A DNA stretch of 64,000 bases from positions 1,922,001-1,986,000 of the forward strand of contig CDRNST010000002.1 of NCBI GenBank assembly GCA_977016875.1. The letters are read 5' to 3'. Origin of the DNA: Pavona decussata (lineage: Eukaryota). Position numbers and translations under genes: made by a program. Each line of letters begins with the position of its first letter. The stretch's first letter is position 1. Shown here in pieces: positions 61,995-64,000 of the stretch. A model generated the notes under the pieces. The model searched no databases and was not told the origin of the DNA. It saw nothing but the letters and a program-made list of their open reading frames with translations.

Positions 61995-63710
61995 CCAACC
62001 GATCTTAATCAAGAACATCGTTTGATCGTGTGAAATATAAGGCACCAGCAATAATCTGTGCTACACGGTTTTTACTTAGACTTTTAATTTGGGTCCACCT
62101 ATAGGGTCCCAAACAATACGACAATAGGTACAGTAGGGTTCAATTAATGACCTATAAATATCAATTAACTTAAGCCTGTTTAAGACAGGTCTAACCTTTT
62201 TTAGAATACCTACGTTGCGAGTTACTTTTTTCCTAATACCAGGAATATGAAAATCCCAAGTTAAATTTCTGTCAACATTTACACCAAGGCATTTCAGGGA
62301 ATTCACCTGTTGCAACACTGCATCATTCAAACGCAGTCAGTCACATTTCCTTCGCACGCCGCCACTCTCTGTCTTGATCCTATAAACATAAAGTCTGTTT
62401 TCAAAACATTTAATACAAGCTTATTAGCAAAACCATGACGTAATTCCCTTTAGATCTTTGGACATTTCATCCTGTAATGCCGCTAAACTGCAGCCTGAGA
62501 AAGTTTGTAATCTACAGACTTTGGAAAGTCGTTAACGTATACAAGAAAGAGTAGCAGTCCCAAAATGGAGCCTTGTGGAACTCCGCATGTTATATTCGCC
62601 ATCGACGAGGTGACCCCATTTACGTACACACTTGTTGTCTATCCTCTTAATACGATCTGAACCACGCAAGTGCCCTATCTTCTACTCCATAGCGTTTAGT
62701 TTTCTCAGCAGAATAATGTGGTCCACGGTATCAAAGGCTTTTTTTAATACAGAAAAAGCACCCCGTTTACCATCCCGCGATAAATTTAAAAGAGCAGTAG
62801 TTGTCGAGTGCTGTGCCCTAAAACCAGATTGTTTCGTTGTCTAAGTGGTTCTTGGATGTTTTGCAGTTTCATTACTTGGCAGGTCTCATATGAATCGGCT
62901 ATATATAGTTATTTAATGACACCTGCCATGCCAGGACAAAATGGACAGCGTTTCTAAATGTCATTGATAAACACTCCCCACTTCGGACCAAAAAAGTACG
63001 AAGTAGGCCTTCACCGTGGCTAAATACTGAACTAAAGCAGCCAGTGTTTAAGCGGGATTGGCTTAAAAGGAAAGCAACTAAACGTGGAACTTCGGAGGAC
63101 TGGAAAGGCTATAGGACTCACAGAAACCTGGTGAATAAAGAAATAAAGTTGAAGAAAAAGCATTTTTATCAGAGACAGATAACTGAAGCATCTGGTAACC
63201 AAAGGGCTACTTGGAAAATTATTAAACAATTGAAGGTAAGGAGACCGGCAGCACCAAAATAATTGAATTGAAGACCGACTCTGATCTTAACTTGACTGAA
63301 CCAAGGGACGTCACAAATTCTTTGAACACCTACTTCACAGCAATTGGTTCAAAACTTGCTTCTGAATTTCTCTCTGGCGCAAACAACATAGCACCCGAAG
63401 ATTACCAGACCAAAATTAAATCGTCTTTCACGCTTAAGGAGGTTAAGCTTGCTATAGTACTGGAGTTGCTGAACACAGTGAAAATATCCAAAGCAACCGG
63501 TCAGGATGGAATCTGACATAGGATATTAAAAAAAGCTGTTCCATTCATACATAAGACGTTGACAGACATTTTCAATCTTTCTATCGTTTCAGGTGAAATC
63601 TGGTGAAAGCTTTGAACCCAACAACTACAGGCCTATATCGGTCCTACCAACTATAGCACAATTATTTTAAAGGATTATTTTTAAACAAATTTATTCTTAC
63701 CTCAGTGACA
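61995..63710 (-). mobile_element. CR1/L2-group LINE with an inverted 5' segment
   Basis: Minus strand 62843 to 61995: 'KQSGFRAQHSTTTALL', 'KAFDTVDH', 'GVPQGSILG', 'LGVNVDRNLTW'. Plus strand 62845 to 63710: 'PSPWL', 'KATGQDGI', 'NYRPISVLP', 'KQIYSYL'. Confidence 0.85.
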
Positions 63711-63729
63711 AAGCCTTGAGCTGACGATG

Positions 63730-63968
63730 GCGGAATATTTGTGCTCCTCAATGCGACGGTGAAGGTGACGGCTCGTGTAGCCTATATAACTCATCACACG
63801 AATTGCATTTAAATTCATACACAACGCCTTGTTGGTTTACCAGTGAGGGCTTCGTTTCCGTGACTTTTAAATCTTCCAAGATTTTCCTACTTGTAAACAC
63901 TGGTTGTAGTAAACGATCGATTGTCTTTCCAAGATCGCTTAGTTGTCTGCGCACGGAGTCGGCGGATT
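63730..63968 (-). mobile_element. PLE GIY-YIG endonuclease fragment
   Basis: 'VNQQGVVYEFKCNSC/YIGYTSRHLHRRIEEHK'. Confidence 0.85.
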
Positions 63969-64000
63969 TATTATTCTTATTGTTATTATTATTATTATGA

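Overview
AT-rich eukaryotic DNA with spliceosomal introns and three N-gaps; the repeat content suggests a cnidarian, probably a stony coral (inference). Host genes: two tandem intronless class A GPCRs (<1-678, 4707-5633) and a multi-exon ROCO gene (Roc GTPase, COR, Cys/His-rich segment, death domain; ~40280-59489). A phase-compatible Ig-domain exon and a Ser/Thr stalk exon lie upstream (34029-34622). Most other sequence is nested mobile DNA: a Sola3-like element with ~1.47-kb TIRs, AcademX inside a Tc1/IS630-like element, DIRS, BEL/Pao, LINE, Crypton and Penelope-like (PLE) fragments with hammerhead cores, and MITEs. The most unusual region is ~21.7-28.6 kb. It holds a 1.1-kb array of inverted GGAAC/GTTCC pentamers, a ZnF-tyrosine recombinase-Myb gene, and a convergent intron-containing D5-like SF3 helicase gene ending in NLS and PIP-box-like motifs. 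This looks like a slightly decayed integrative, self-replicating element with no capsid or polymerase visible. All calls are from manual reading and motif recognition; no searches were run.
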